A stretch of DNA of 63,466 bases, filler included, from Choristocarpus tenellus KU-1152 (taxonomy: Eukaryota > Protista > Phaeophyceae), in the NCBI GenBank assembly GCA_964200185.2. It is 9 parts of 9 records of this genome, joined end to end, with 100 filler letters (N's around TTAATTAATTAA, not from the genome) between each part and the next. Parts side by side here need not be neighbours in the genome. Positions count along the whole stretch, not along the records: positions 45,809 to 51,185 come from CAXNAD020010988.1; positions 51,286 to 58,849 come from CAXNAD020005956.1; positions 58,950 to 63,466 come from CAXNAD020014197.1; 6 more parts are not named here. The stretch is one strand, 5' to 3'. Below, in pieces: positions 50,501 to 63,466 of this stretch. The notes beneath the pieces were generated by a model that was not told the DNA's origin, did not search any database, and saw nothing but the letters and a program-made list of their open reading frames with translations. The first letter of the stretch is position 1, and each line of letters starts with the position of its first letter. The translations under genes were made by a program, and so were the position numbers.

Positions 50501-51185
50501 CCTCAAAATGCTGCAAAGGACTACCTGCCTCGGTCCATGAAGGAATACGTTAGGCCCATCAGTCACTAATACGTCACCGACACATGTTTCTCTCGTTTGA
50601 CAACATGTCGACTCTGTCGAGAGACCAATTGACCACTCGAACTCTGGACATTTCTTGGTTGTATCAAGGTCAGACAAAACTTTTCAAAAATGATAGTTAA
50701 GGAGTTTATACACCTTCCTAGGGCGTGGGATTTATTAAAACACTATTCTAATACCATGACTTAACAAAATTATATAAATAAATATATAAACTTGTGGGAA
50801 GAAAGTATGTTCTGAAGGTTGAAGATTGTGATGTCTTCATCGAGTTGAAGTTAGTAAAAGGTTAGAATATTATTGGGACAGAATGCCAGAAAGTACACAA
50901 TTAGTAGGGGTGAAGCAGAGTGATTGTTGTTGGTCAGTGGGGAATGAAGAGATTACGTGAGAGAAACGGCGAGGGTGAGTGAAGACCCGGCCTTGAATTA
51001 ATTCCCACCCACCTATCCGTCCTTTCTTTCTTGGCGTGCTCATGGATGGGTCAGAAGGTAAGGGGAGGAATATTTGTCAATACAAAATAATTATTGGTTG
51101 GTGGTAGTGGCTGTTTCAATGGGGGGTGGGGGGTGGGCAGGTAATTCCTACTACTACCCAAGTAGTAAGTAGTGGGAGTAACCAA

Positions 51186-51285
51186 NNNNNNNNNNNNNNN
51201 NNNNNNNNNNNNNNNNNNNNNNNNNNNNNTTAATTAATTAANNNNNNNNNNNNNNNNNNNNNNNNNNNNNNNNNNNNNNNNNNNN
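51186..51285. other. Artificial contig linker
   Basis: N44-TTAATTAATTAA-N44. Confidence 0.99.
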
Positions 51286-51660
51286 ACATCAAAACCCTTT
51301 GAAAATGTAAGTAATATATACCACATGCTAATCTTTTTTTGTCTCTTTTAGTGTATTTTGCATCCCTTACGTCATCAACATCACTGAAATTTATAGTATT
51401 TGATGGTACGTCACATTGTATACGGCCTACGACACTTAGAAACAATGAACTAAAGTAACTTGAATAACTTGTTCCAGAAAAGAATAAAACGTTTCTCTGT
51501 ACGTCATCATCAAAGCAAGGGCTGAGATTTCTTGTTGGAACTGGTTGCAAGGTCTCACTCCCCGACCGAGAACACCCCTTAACCTACCCGGCCGAGCCCA
51601 GCGGCTGCCCTCCTCGTCTCTTCAGGCTGCCCTTACAAACCGCGCCTTCTGACGAGTGAG

Positions 51661-54600
51661 ATGGCTTCCCTGGTGAGTGATCTATTTCTCCGTGTGGTTG
51701 GTTGGGTTGGAGATAGGGAACTTAGTGCCGCCCATGACTGGCTGGATTTAAAGTTCGTCGGTCCCAACACGTTCGTGACCTTAACATTGTATTCTTTAGT
51801 ACCATGAATGAATCGTAGATTAACTGGCGCTAGTCGTTTGAGAGGGAGTAAGGATTGTAGTCTCCTGTCACCTCGACATCCACCCTCCATACCCGCTCTT
51901 TGTGTTGTTCATGCCCTTTTTCTCAGGCGGAGAAAATGGATGACCTTAAAGTGGCCACTGACACATTCTATGTGACGGATTCAGATGGAAATGTGAGTAT
52001 ACAATCGCCATGTGTACGTACCCAAGGTCTATTTTGGAGGACAAGCTCAGGATACTGCTGATACATTCTACCGACATAAACATCGTTATTTGGTGGACTA
52101 GGGCACGACGTCGTAAGGACCACCCTTCTCACCACTCGAGGTAAAAATCCGTAACAGATCCTCAATGCCCCCAACTGGTCCTGTCTCGAACTCAGGTGGC
52201 GGAACTCTCTGTCGCAGCTGCCGAGGTGAACAAGTCGGGAGTGAGTTCCCTGGAGCCCATTGCTGGAGGTCTTAAAAAGGCTCTCACCTCTTCAGACAAG
52301 GAGAAAATCCTCGAAGCGTTAAATGCGGTCACCCACTTCATCAAGGAGTGCCCTGCTGCTGAGCCTCACATGGCAGCCATGCTGCCCGAGCTCCTCCAAG
52401 CTGCATCCCACAAGCAGTCTGTCGTGCAAAAAGCTGCCACAACAGCGGTTGAGGCTTTTGGGGAAAAGATGTCTCCCAACGCGGTTGCTTCCGTTCTGCC
52501 CGTCCTCTTCAGCAGCATGGAGTACCACCAAAAGTGGCAAACTCGTTCCTTGGCCTTGAAGCTCATTGCTCGCTTTGGAGACAACGCTGCTGTTCAGTTG
52601 GGTTACTCTCTACCCGAAGTTGTCCCCGCTGTTACACCCTGTATGAGCGACACCAAGAAGCAGGTCAAGGTGGCAGCTACGGAAGCCATGACCGCTGCCT
52701 GTGACGTGATTGGCAACCGTGATATGGAGCACATGACCAGTGATATTGTAAAGGCTGTCATCAATCCTGCTGAGGTTCCTGAAATCATGCACGGTCTGGC
52801 TGGTGTTGCCTTCGTGCAGTCTGTGGAATCGCCTGCTCTTGCTATGGTCGTCCCCCTCCTCCTGCGTGGACTGCGCGTCAATGAGACAGCAACCAAGCGT
52901 CAGTCTTCTGTCATCATCGAGAATATGAGCAAGCTGGTGGACGAACCAGCAGATGCTGCGCCATTCCTGCCCCTGCTCATGCCTGCCCTTGAGAAGGCAG
53001 CTGCAACGATTGCTGACCCAGAAGCACGAGGTGTTGCTGACAGGGCCTACGCACAGCTCATGCGTCTTGATGGTCTATGCAAGACTAGCACCTCCAAGAA
53101 GGCTGACTTGGCGAAGGTTGGTGGTGCGAACTTTTTTAGTGCTTCGGTGTACGTTTTATTTTAATTCAGTACATAAGGAGTGAGGAATGCATAACCTCAT
53201 GGCAGGTTCAATGTTTACAACTTTTGCCTGCCTGATTCTCATCGCATAATGGTTGACTGAATTTGACTTGTCTTGTGCTTGACATGTTCCTTTCAGGTTA
53301 CTGCTGCCATCAGGGAGGTATTACCATCACTCAAGAAGGATGACTTCATTGACGTGTCTGTTACGTACATTTCTGGGCTCTGCAGCTCACTAATGAACCT
53401 CAAGAAGAATGATCCAGAGGAGTGGAAGGAGATCAATGACCAGTTGTCAGTGCTGAGTCAAGATGTTCCTGATGGTGCATGTGATTCTCTTCGTGCCAAG
53501 TGCTTGGAAATGATGGTTGCTGATCCTGTTGTGGACGATGATGAAGATGCTGAGGAGTTGTGCAACTGCCAGTTCACTCTTGCCTATGGTCAGTGAAGGT
53601 TAATGGTGTGTTTGATTCTTTGTTGTTGAGCTAATTCTTACCAGGAGAGAGTAAAGCATGAAAAAGCTGAAGCGCGTCTGTGTTCACTATAATTAACTTT
53701 TGTGAAGTGGATTTAACACGCCCAATTTTTGTTTTGAACTCCTTACGTACAACGGACAGGGACAAAGATCCTCCTTCACAACACCCAGATGAAGTTGAAG
53801 AGGGGCAAGAAGTACGGACTTCTGGGCGGAAACGATTCGGGGAAGACAACTCTGATGCGTGCTATTGCTAACGGTTCGCTGGAGGGATTCCCTGATGCGT
53901 CTGAAGTTCGTACTGTGTTTGTTGAGGCAGATATCCAGGGTGAGCAGTCTCACCTCTCTTGTGTGGACTACGTTCTTCAGGATGAAAGGATTGTTGCTGC
54001 AGGGATTGAGAGGAACGCTGTGCAGGAGATTTTGGCTACTGTGGGTTTCACTGATGATGGCAAGGCCAAGCCGAATCATGCTGTGTCCACCCTATCAGGA
54101 GGATGGCGCATGAAATTGGCTATGGCACGTGCAATGCTTCAGCGAGCAGACATCCTTTTGCTGGATGAGCCTACCAACCACTTGGATGTGATCAATGTGG
54201 CGTGGGTAAAGAACTATCTCAACAGTCTTACAGATGTGACAGCTATCATGGTGTCTCATGACTCTGGTCTGCTTAATGACTGCTGCACACATATCCTCTC
54301 CATCGCCAACCTCAAGCTAGAAAACTTCAAGGGAAACCTCAACGAATATGTGGCCAAGAACCCTGCAGCCAAGTCGTTCTTTGAGCTGAAGGCCACAAAG
54401 ATGAAGTTCACTTTCCCCCAGCCAGGACCCATTGATGGCGTCAAGTCTAAGGGAAAGGCCCTGATGAAGATGTCCCACTGTGACTTCACCTACCCTGGCA
54501 ACACAGTGCCCACTCTCTTTGACATCTCTGTTCAGGTTTCCCTCTCCTCCCGTGTTGCTTGTGTTGGTGAGAATGGTGCTGGGAAATCTACAATGATCAA

Positions 54601-56360
54601 GGTGCTCACTGGTGAGGTGGTGCCACAGACAGGAGAGGTGTGGCGGCATCCTAATGCTCGTGTTGCGTACCTTGCTCAGCACGCCTTCCATCACATTGAG
54701 AACCACATGACCAGGACACCCAATGAGTACATTAGGTGGCGGTATGCCAACAATGGCGAGGTAAGATTAATTTCGATTCAACTTAACTCTAGCTGGATGG
54801 ATCGTCATTTTCAATGATTCACTTACGCGTATGATGTGACGCTGAAATTCTGTTCTTCATTCTTTGCAGGACAAAGAGTCGCTTGTGAAGGTTTCCATGG
54901 TGGTTACCCCAGAGGAAGAGGCTTTGCAGAAGGCAATGTTTGAGGTGCAGTGGACTGATGAGGAGTCAGGAGCAATCAAGAAGGCCAAGAAGGTATGATC
55001 TGAACCTGGATCAAGGCATGATAGTGTTAGTGAATCTGCACACTGCATCATTTACAACCCTTGGACTCTCTTGAACATTTGAGTTATATAGTAGGTGGAA
55101 CAGAGTCCTGCAATTTTCAATCAGACTCACGTCCACTACAAGAGTTGAAAAAGCCCAGGAATGGAGGGAGTTGTTTTATCCCCAGAACTGTAATACCTAT
55201 GCTGTGATAATCTCAACCTTTTCTAACCTATTTTTGGTCAAAAATAGTTTTCCTGTACTCTGATTGTAATTCATATATTCATCCTGTTCAGGGATTCCAA
55301 TTTCTGTTGACAGTAAATTTAATTCTTGCATTTCTTCCAGTGGTGGGATATTATATTATGTCATCTCTGCAATTTTTATCCCCTCAAAAGTAATTGGTTA
55401 AGAAGTGCTAAGATACGAACAGAGCAGTAGTCTAACTGGTCATTAAGTAAACAAGACGTTGACCATGTGGAACCCAAACGCTTATTTGAGCTTTTCTAGC
55501 TTAGGTGTCATTTTCTCCCCACAAAATATACAGATTTTACTGTACACAATCTACTGATCAAATATCCTCTAAGGTTGCTCATGCTTGATTGGTTTTTGCA
55601 AAATTGGTTCCTTTTTTACGAACAGTCTGTTGCAGAGTTGCTTGGTGGACGACGTCAGGACAAGAGTAAGGAGTATCTCTATGAGGTGCGCTACACTGTT
55701 GCTAGTGATGCTCCATCCTACCTTCCAAGAAAGAAGCTGGAGAAGCAGGGGTGGTCCAAGGCGATCAAGGCAATTGATGCACGCATTGCACAGACAACAG
55801 GACTGTACGTGAGACCGCTGTCTTCATCAAACGTGGAGAAGCACCTTGCTGATTGTGGGTTGGCTGCGGAGTTTGCAACACACACTCGTATGCAGGCATT
55901 GTCAGGAGGGCAGAAGGTTAAGGTTGTGTTGGCAGCTGCTATGTGGAACCAGCCGCATATCCTCATCCTTGATGAGCCTACCAATTACCTTGACCGAGAA
56001 GCCCTCGGTGCTCTTGCTGGTGCCATCAAGGATTTCCAGGGTGGTGTGGTGATCATCTCACACAATAATGAGTTCGTAAGTACAGTCTGTCCGGAGGAAT
56101 GGGTGATGGACTCAGGGCATCTGGAGACTAAGGGAGATGCAGGGTGGATGGAACGGCAGGATGAAAAGATCAGTGATCAGGCTGTTATTACGGAGGTGAC
56201 TGATGCAGCGGGAAATGTGTCCAAGGTGAAGGCACCAAAGAAGAAGCTCTCAAAGCGTGACCACAAGGCTATGGTTAAGAAGCTCAAGAACAAAATCGCG
56301 AACAATGAAGATCTTGACACTGATGAGGATGAGTTTGCACAGGATAATGACTTGTTCTAG
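51661..56360 (+). CDS. EF3: Translation elongation factor 3 (eEF3; ABCF family), complete, 1049 aa
   Basis: Exons 51661-51672, 51927-51992, 52196-53116, 53297-53588, 53760-54760, 54870-54992 and 55626-56360 total 3150 nt. HEAT region (KWQTR, FVQSVESPALA), LCNCQFTLAYG, ABC1 (GGNDSGKTT, LSGGWRMK, LLDEPTNHLD), ABC2 (GENGAGKST, chromodomain-like insert, LSGGQKVK, LDEPTNYLD) and a Lys-rich tail. The two short 5' exons are inferred from splice signals. Confidence 0.95.
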
Positions 56361-57827
56361 GGAGTAGATAATAGGGAGGTGAATGGGGTGTTTTCATTAA
56401 TAAGATAGGTGAGATAACAATATCAATGTCTATAGGCTGGCTGACTGCCTCCGATCTTGAGGTACTTGTCCAACTTGGCAAGGTTTGTGCCTCGATTACT
56501 CTCTTGTTGGCATAAGCTCACTGCTGACTCTTCTTCCAGCTATGCACCTCTCTACATTCCATTTGAATCTCTGATATCACATTGTGTAACACTCTCTATC
56601 TGCACTAGTTAGTGTAATTTTTGCATATTTGTCTAAGAGGACCCACACAAACTGGAAAGTGAGTTCCTGTCTGACTGCCACTGCCAGCTGATGGTTTGAC
56701 CATGACCGCATTGTGCATGTTTTGCATGTTTTGCATTCTTCCTAGTGACTCCAAAAAGAGGACCATATCATAGAATGACGTATCATGCAGTGTGAGTATG
56801 AACTATCAATTCAAATGCAAATGACCTACCTTTGTGCAAAACCAGTAGAGTGATGAAGGTTGTCATTTCAAACTACACCTAATGATGTGGCCCCCTTGGT
56901 ACTGCTACAATAGCAATCATGTACTTTCGAGTACATAAAAGTAACATCCTTTAGTATAAAAATAACATTCTATAATATACTACCATGTGGTATGTAGTAG
57001 ATGAGAAAACATCCCTGGGTTGGTCTGGATGATACATTGTTTTGAAGGGCCAGGACTGGTTAAGTTATCTTCTGAAGAGACTGGGCTGGGACTTCAAAAA
57101 ATGTCAAAGTGCCAAGTCAAGGGCGTGAAACCTACTTATCATAGCATTAGAGAACCACTACTCCAGCTCTAGCAATGGATGCTCCACATGTAGCATGATT
57201 ATACCGTTGAACAAAATACGAACGGCTCACGCATGAATCCTTTTCCCCCCACGACCATGTACATCTTATGTGAGAAAACATGGAGGACTCAGATCTGTGA
57301 GATGTACCCTGTCAGGTACACCAACCATACCCTTGATGGTATGTTTGCAAAGTTAGATACTTACACACTTTTGCTACACCTTTGCTTAGTAGTGTGTTGA
57401 TGGCATGGCTCTCTGCATGTACCATTCCGGACTGCAGGAAATATCTACTGCTGTGAGAGATGCTACTGACATCACAAGAAGATTAAAGCTTTCCGCTCCA
57501 TAGTGAAACGTATTTCTGCAACCAATACCACCTTAACGCGTTCGAATTCCTGCAACAACCTCATGTCTGTTCCTGAAAATCCTATCCTATCAAGTACCCA
57601 CTCATCATCCTCCTTCGTTAAGGGTCAACGACCATTGAATTGTAAAAATAAGGGGCATATATACCATATACCAAGGGTTTCTTTCAGTATAATGATGGCA
57701 CTTCATGTCAACAGAGGAACATTTCCGTCTCTTGCAGAATGGTACTTGCGTGTTAGGAACCAAGAATCGAGCACATTGTTTACATTTTGCAGAGCTGAGA
57801 ACATTCACCTTTGCAATTGACTGTAAC

Positions 57828-58563
57828 CAGGGCTTTTCACCGGCCAGCAAATGAAAAAAGTCCCTTGGTTAGACCGGTCCAACAATTATTTAACATGTCC
57901 CAGTCCATGTCCATGTCCGACCAATCCCAGAGTTATTTAACGTATGGTCTATGTCTACCGACTCGGCAGTCTAACTTTTGTCCTTCCATGTCTGGACCAT
58001 GTCCACTACACATTGTATAAGTGTGAATGTGAGTCATCGACTCACACACTGATCACAAATCACCTCACACACCCAACAATGTATTGGCATCAAATTTACA
58101 ATTTTAATATTCTAAATAGAACATAAAGTGACATGGAGATACCACTATACCGAGCATATCATATATATTTAGTACTTACAGTAGTGGTAGAAATTTGAAA
58201 TTAGGATACAATATTCAAGAGTGGTGGAGGCATGGCCATGTGGACAACCTGGGTGTCGAAAAAATATTACCTGACCGGCCATAGAAAAAATGTTTTTAAC
58301 ATGGCTGAGTCCATGGCCATTGCTTACTCAACATGATCGGGCCCACTGGCCAGCCATGTACAACCAAAATTTCGAACATGGCTGATTTTATGACCATCAC
58401 ATACTAAACATGATCAGGGCCACCACCGGCCATGTATGACTAAGTTCAAACATGACTGAGTCCATGGCCATTGACCATTTTAACATGGCCAGCAAACTGA
58501 CCGGCCCATGCCGATATGGCTCACAGTGAATATGCTAACTGACTGGCCTGGTGAAGAGCCCTG
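57828..58563. mobile_element. Non-autonomous hAT element (736 bp) with a perfect 8-bp TSD
   Basis: TIRs CAGGGCTTTTCACC.GGCC and GGCCTGGTGAAGAGCCCTG. TSD ACTGTAAC at 57820-57827 and 58564-58571. Subterminal aacatggc/ccatggcc repeats. Confidence 0.92.
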
Positions 58564-58849
58564 ACTGTAACTCTTAATTGATTTGTCAGCTCTCTCAATT
58601 ATTGGGTGCATGCAAAGGAAGCGTTGAGAGACAAAAACAGCCCCCTCAGGGCTGGTGGCAGGGTGCGGCTGGGAGGGAAAATTGCTGCTTTCATTTCAAA
58701 ACATAACCTTAGAGGGTTTACAATAGCACCGAACATTTTATAAATCTGTGGAGTATGTAAAAACTTGATGATCACATTCTCATTGGTCTTATCACAATAG
58801 GGGGATGTGACTTGCTTCATCTGGCTCAAAGTATCTGTGAGGGGGGGGG

Positions 58850-58949
58850 NNNNNNNNNNNNNNNNNNNNNNNNNNNNNNNNNNNNNNNNNNNNTTAATTA
58901 ATTAANNNNNNNNNNNNNNNNNNNNNNNNNNNNNNNNNNNNNNNNNNNN
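58850..58949. other. Artificial contig linker
   Basis: N44-TTAATTAATTAA-N44. Confidence 0.99.
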
Positions 58950-58989
58950 CTCACAAACCAACCCCCCCCCCAAGATACTTTGACCCTTC

Positions 58990-61900
58990 AGCTAAAACAG
59001 TTCAGTGAGGATTTCGCTTCTACATTGTCTGAAGCCATTACTCGCGCTAAACGTCATGAAGCCAACAATCTAACGGGAAAACGACATGCCCACGCACGTG
59101 CCCCTGTTCCTTCGACTCCACCGACTGTTCCGACTGCTGTTTCTGCTATTTCCGCCGGTCCCTCCCCACAGCCTACGTTCCCTTCGGCTAAAATTGGGGC
59201 ACTACAAGCAACCAATAAGTGGCTTGAACGAGAAGTTCGAAATTTAAATCGACATTTCATTGGACGTTCAAGCAACAACTTCGCTTTCCACGCCCCCTCC
59301 GACGCCCTCTTCATATGGTCGCCGAACAGGAGTAAAACGTCGACAAGAAGACCGTGCGCCGCATCGCTTTACCTGCGAGAAACCCCACTGTAATTATACA
59401 CAAAGGAAGAGATGCTTAATGTGACAATGAACTGGAATACCATGAGAGAGCATTTTTATTATTAGACTTCTGATCTGCACCTAAAGGAAAAATTGGATGT
59501 GAAGCATGTTTATTCTGGATAATATGATGAGAAACTGTGCTTGGGGAGCCAATGCTACAGTAGTTGAATCATGTTTCGCTCGTTTTACAACCCCGTCGAC
59601 TCTAGTAGTAGATTCGACTTCAGACCCAAAAGAACTACAGGGGTTATTGTCTTCTGGGCCCCATCAATTTTTACTATACTTTCTAGCTTTAGCCTCATCA
59701 ATCTTTCTCTGCTCTCCTCTTCTGAAACTCGGACCGGTGCTCCTGGCATATCGACGTAATTCCGATACCAGGCCCAATCGTGGTTTTTAGAGTTCTCATC
59801 CAAACGTATATGCGTTGAAGGAAAAATTGATATATCGAACCAATCCACATGTTAGAGGTATTATTGATCAATGTGTTGAAGATTTACAAAACCAAGGATT
59901 AATAATTGACGCTCGATCTAGCCCATGTGGTTCCCCTGTTACTATCGTTGCTATATAAAGCAGATGGGGACCCCAAGATTCTGCATTGATTATCGACGGA
60001 CCATAAATAAACACCTAAATAAACGTTCTTGGTCCATGCCTTTAGCTGAAGAACATCCTGATTCCATTGGTGCAGCAATAATTCTTTCTGTTGCAGATGT
60101 TCAATCAACATATCATCAAATTCCTGTGGGTCTGAAGCAGACATTGACAAGATGCTTTTGTCACCCATAAAGACAAGTTTGTATGGAAACGACTTCCTTT
60201 TTGTTTGAGCAATGCTCCATTTATTTTTCAACGCATGATGGCTCGAGCTCTATCTTATTTTGGCACGGGGTCAGGTCTCATTCTTTGTTCTGCCACTTGG
60301 GACCATCATATAACTTTGCTTGAAAAGCTTTTTATGGCCCTTCAAAATGCTGGCCTTACTTTAAAACCTTCTAAATTGAAGTTTGGTCCAGCAGAAGCTG
60401 AATACCTTGGTCATTATTGTCTCTAGTACAGGGGTACGTCTTGGAAAAGCTCGAATTCAAGCTATTGTTGATCTACCCACTTCTCGAACAATAAAAAGAC
60501 ATTCATTCTATCCTTGGCATGTGAAATTTTTGTGTCAAAAGTTCACCCCACATTATGCAGACCTGACAGAACCCCCTCTAAAATTCACACGTAAGGAGTT
60601 GTAGCACGTCCTTCTGGTGAAATTGGAAAAGCGTGGACATCAGTTCACGATACCGCATTGAAAAAAATTAAAACGGTATTTACTTTATCCTGATTTCTCA
60701 AAATCTTTTGTGGTACATGTGGATGCTTCCAATTTTGGCGGTGGTGGTTTTCTTGCTCAAAAAGCGTCAGATGATCCAACGAACACATCACTTCATATTG
60801 TGGCTTACCTTAGCAAGAAATTTGATGGAACACAACGAAATTATTCAGCCACATAAAAAGAATGTTTTGCAGTAGTCCATGCCATTAACCACTGTCGTTC
60901 GTATGTTTGGGGTCGACATTTTGATTTATTCACTGACCATGCGGCACTCAGATACCTGTATTACATGCAAGACACAGATAATATGTTGACACGTTGGGCT
61001 CTTGCTCTTCAATGTTTTGACCTTACAGTCCATCATAAACCAGGCAGAGACAATGTTGTACCTGATGCCCTTTCTCGCCTCTTTGATATTGAGATGGATC
61101 GTATGCCGAAAGTACTTGCTCCTATTTGCAGGAACATTCCAGAAAAATCAATGTCAAGTGTGGTAACCCCACGTCAAGCGTACGAAATATATCCAGATCG
61201 CCTTCAGGAATTAGATATAATTCAGAGTGATCGTAACTTTTTTGTTGTTCAGTGAACATATTTCCAACTTTGGACCACACCAAAATTCGTGAAGCGCAAA
61301 TGAACCAATTTTCTCTTTACGGTGTGATTTTACAAGCCCCTGATTCAGTGTCTGTACCTCCCCGTGAATCAAGGAATAGCATGTCATATTTTTATGTTGA
61401 TGCTGACACTAACTTGCTTTGCTGATCATATATTCCAGGGCATATACGCAAACACCGGGCTTTTCGTGGTCAATTAATGGTTCCAAAATAATTGCAATCT
61501 TTGATTTTACATGCTTGCCATTATCATCCCGCTTCTGGAGGTCACTTCTGTCTTTCTCATACTCTTGACAAGGTACGCGAACGGTATTGGTGGCCCATGT
61601 TTCAAAAAGATGTTAGAGAATGATGTGAGAGATGTCAACTTTGCCAAAGACGAAAAACTTCTCACAGACGTCCTACATTGCCCCAAGGACAAATTCCTGC
61701 CACTCGACCATTCGAACGGATTGCTGTTGGTCTTGTACAAAATAAAACCATTTCCCGTGGTGGTCGTTATTTTCTTTCGGCTATTTGTCAGTTGACATGC
61801 TTTGCTTTTCTCATTCCCATTCCAGACAAACAAGAAGTGACCATTGCCAACGTTTTGTTCGAAAGGATATTTTCAATATTTGGGGCCCCCGAAATCCTTC

Positions 61901-62273
61901 ATTCATTCTGACCAAGGTTCGGAATTTGAAAATAATCTTGTTCTGGAATTGCAGATAGTGTCTGGGTACGATAAAACTCGTACCAAACTCTAGACCACAC
62001 AGTAACTCTGTTTTATAGCGCGTTCATTCTACTCTGCATCAAATGTTATCCATGTACAGTAACATAGCAGAGAATAATTGGGCGACTGTTGTTCCATTCA
62101 TTCAATTGGCTCACAATACTGCATACAATACCACATTTCAAGAAACACCTTTTTTCCTGCTTTTTGGACGCCGGCCAATTTTCCCGATAGATGTCATTTC
62201 TGGTCTATCTAAAACAACCGTTGCACAGTCTAGTCAAGAGTTTACTCCATCCCCGTGTTTGTCCACGGTTTAA
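58990..62273 (+). mobile_element. Decayed Ty3/Gypsy LTR retrotransposon gag-pol
   Basis: Domain order RT (RFCIDYRRTINK; LPFCLSNAPFIFQRMM; LKPSKLKFG..EYLGH), RNase H (VDASNFGGGG; RNYSAT*KECFAVV; FTDHAALRYL; RWALALQ..HKPGRDNVVPDALSR), integrase (H..GGH..RYWW..C..CQ; SDQGSEFEN; HNTAYNTTFQETPFFLLFGR). Many frameshifts and stops. Confidence 0.93.
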
Positions 62274-63466
62274 TACTGATTTTTTATTTGTTCATTATTA
62301 TTTATTTATTTATTTTATTTTCCCATTTTGTTTCTAATTGACTAGAATGTGGATGTGTCAAAGCTGTCAAGTTCTCTGCTCAAGGGGGCAATCACAATCA
62401 CCGGACTGAAACTCCTTCACCTCAGAGGGTGAGACCGAGTTTCAAAGGTCTTGACTCAACATCTCAGAACAGATAGATGAGGAAATCCAGCACAGACCAA
62501 AAACCTTGAAACACAACAGATGTTCCCGAATGACTGAGCAACGTCACAGCAAAGAAATGGATAAGTCAGAATCGGAATGGTTCTTCGTTCTGATAGCTCA
62601 TTTTGTCTGTTTGGTCAAATCCGGATCTTATGGGTGTGGCTGGTTTATTGGACTGGTCGGTATGGATGAGCTCAAATGACGTGGTTGGCGCGCGCAATTG
62701 CATATGACCGCGCGTAATATGCACAACAGTGTGTGTGTCGGAGATCCCAAAAATGGAACCTGTCCCTGACAAGAACATCCATGTGATACGCTGTTGAATT
62801 TTGTGTATATACTGATTGGTGCTACAGCTATCTATACAGCTGTAATTTGATCACGATTTCGGTGCTCCCTTTGGGAGTCTCCCATATTCTTGTTCCCTCC
62901 TTTGAGATGATAGATAGTCCATGTTTTTGGCATCTGTATCTCCTTGCCGGAGTTAACAGGATTTCATGATAATACTAGAGATAGAGTTTGTCCATGCCCC
63001 TTTTTCACGTTGAAAGATTGACCAGACGTGGTCATCTCTGATAAATCGAAATCGTATTCGTTCCATTTGTCCAGATATGTTTTATTATCTCACCTCTGAT
63101 CAAGGTGAAGCGGCACTGATTTGGTTGCCACCAAATCAATCTTAGTTGCAAGTGCTAATTTGTGAGGCCTCACGAAAAACAATTCTTGTTGTTCAGCATT
63201 TTTGCAAATTTGCAGATACATATTTTTTTGTGTACACAACTGTCTTGCAAGACAGTATTTCCTTGTTGAGATCATATTTCTTCTTTCTTTTTCTTTTCTT
63301 TTCAATGCCCATATCAGTTCTTCTGCACACACATTTGCCTCCATTCCCCGTTGACACCCGTGTTATTTGATACCTGCATCAAACCACATAGGGGGGGGGT
63401 GATGTGAGAGCTATCTTCCACAGAAGGTACACCCTGAAGGTGACCTATCTTGAACATTATGATATT

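Noticed and set aside
45949-56360. Functional clustering of ULK4, eEF3, CNOT3 and SEL1L
   Set aside because: The genes lie on separate contigs joined artificially, so the neighbourhood is not evidence

Overview
This window is eukaryotic DNA, not prokaryotic. It consists of nine contig pieces joined by eight artificial 100-nt linkers (N44-TTAATTAATTAA-N44), so adjacency across a linker should not be read as biological. Intron-rich genes, microsatellite-laden introns, an eEF3 gene and TTAGGG-like motifs suggest a stramenopile, probably a brown alga or close ochrophyte relative (inference). Six spliced genes can be rebuilt by hand with consistent splice phases: a TKL-type kinase with an N-terminal GAF-like region (partial), SEL1L/Hrd3 (3' part), CNOT3/Not3-5 (3' part), an RBM18-like RRM protein (3' part), ULK4/RUNKEL (5' part) and a complete 7-exon eEF3 (1049 aa). 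The rest is mostly transposon debris: four mariner-type copies with Stowaway-like CTCCCTC termini (DD39D and DD40D spacings), two hAT-type MITEs with 8-bp TSDs, a decayed Ty3/Gypsy pol, and probable Copia and RTE relics. There is also a diverged ~117-bp tandem array with apparent 4-mer higher-order structure. I found no CRISPR array, rRNA or tRNA. I cannot demonstrate a new multi-gene system. The best leads are the GAF-like/TKL sensor kinase, the higher-order repeat array, and an orphan repeat-containing ORF relic.
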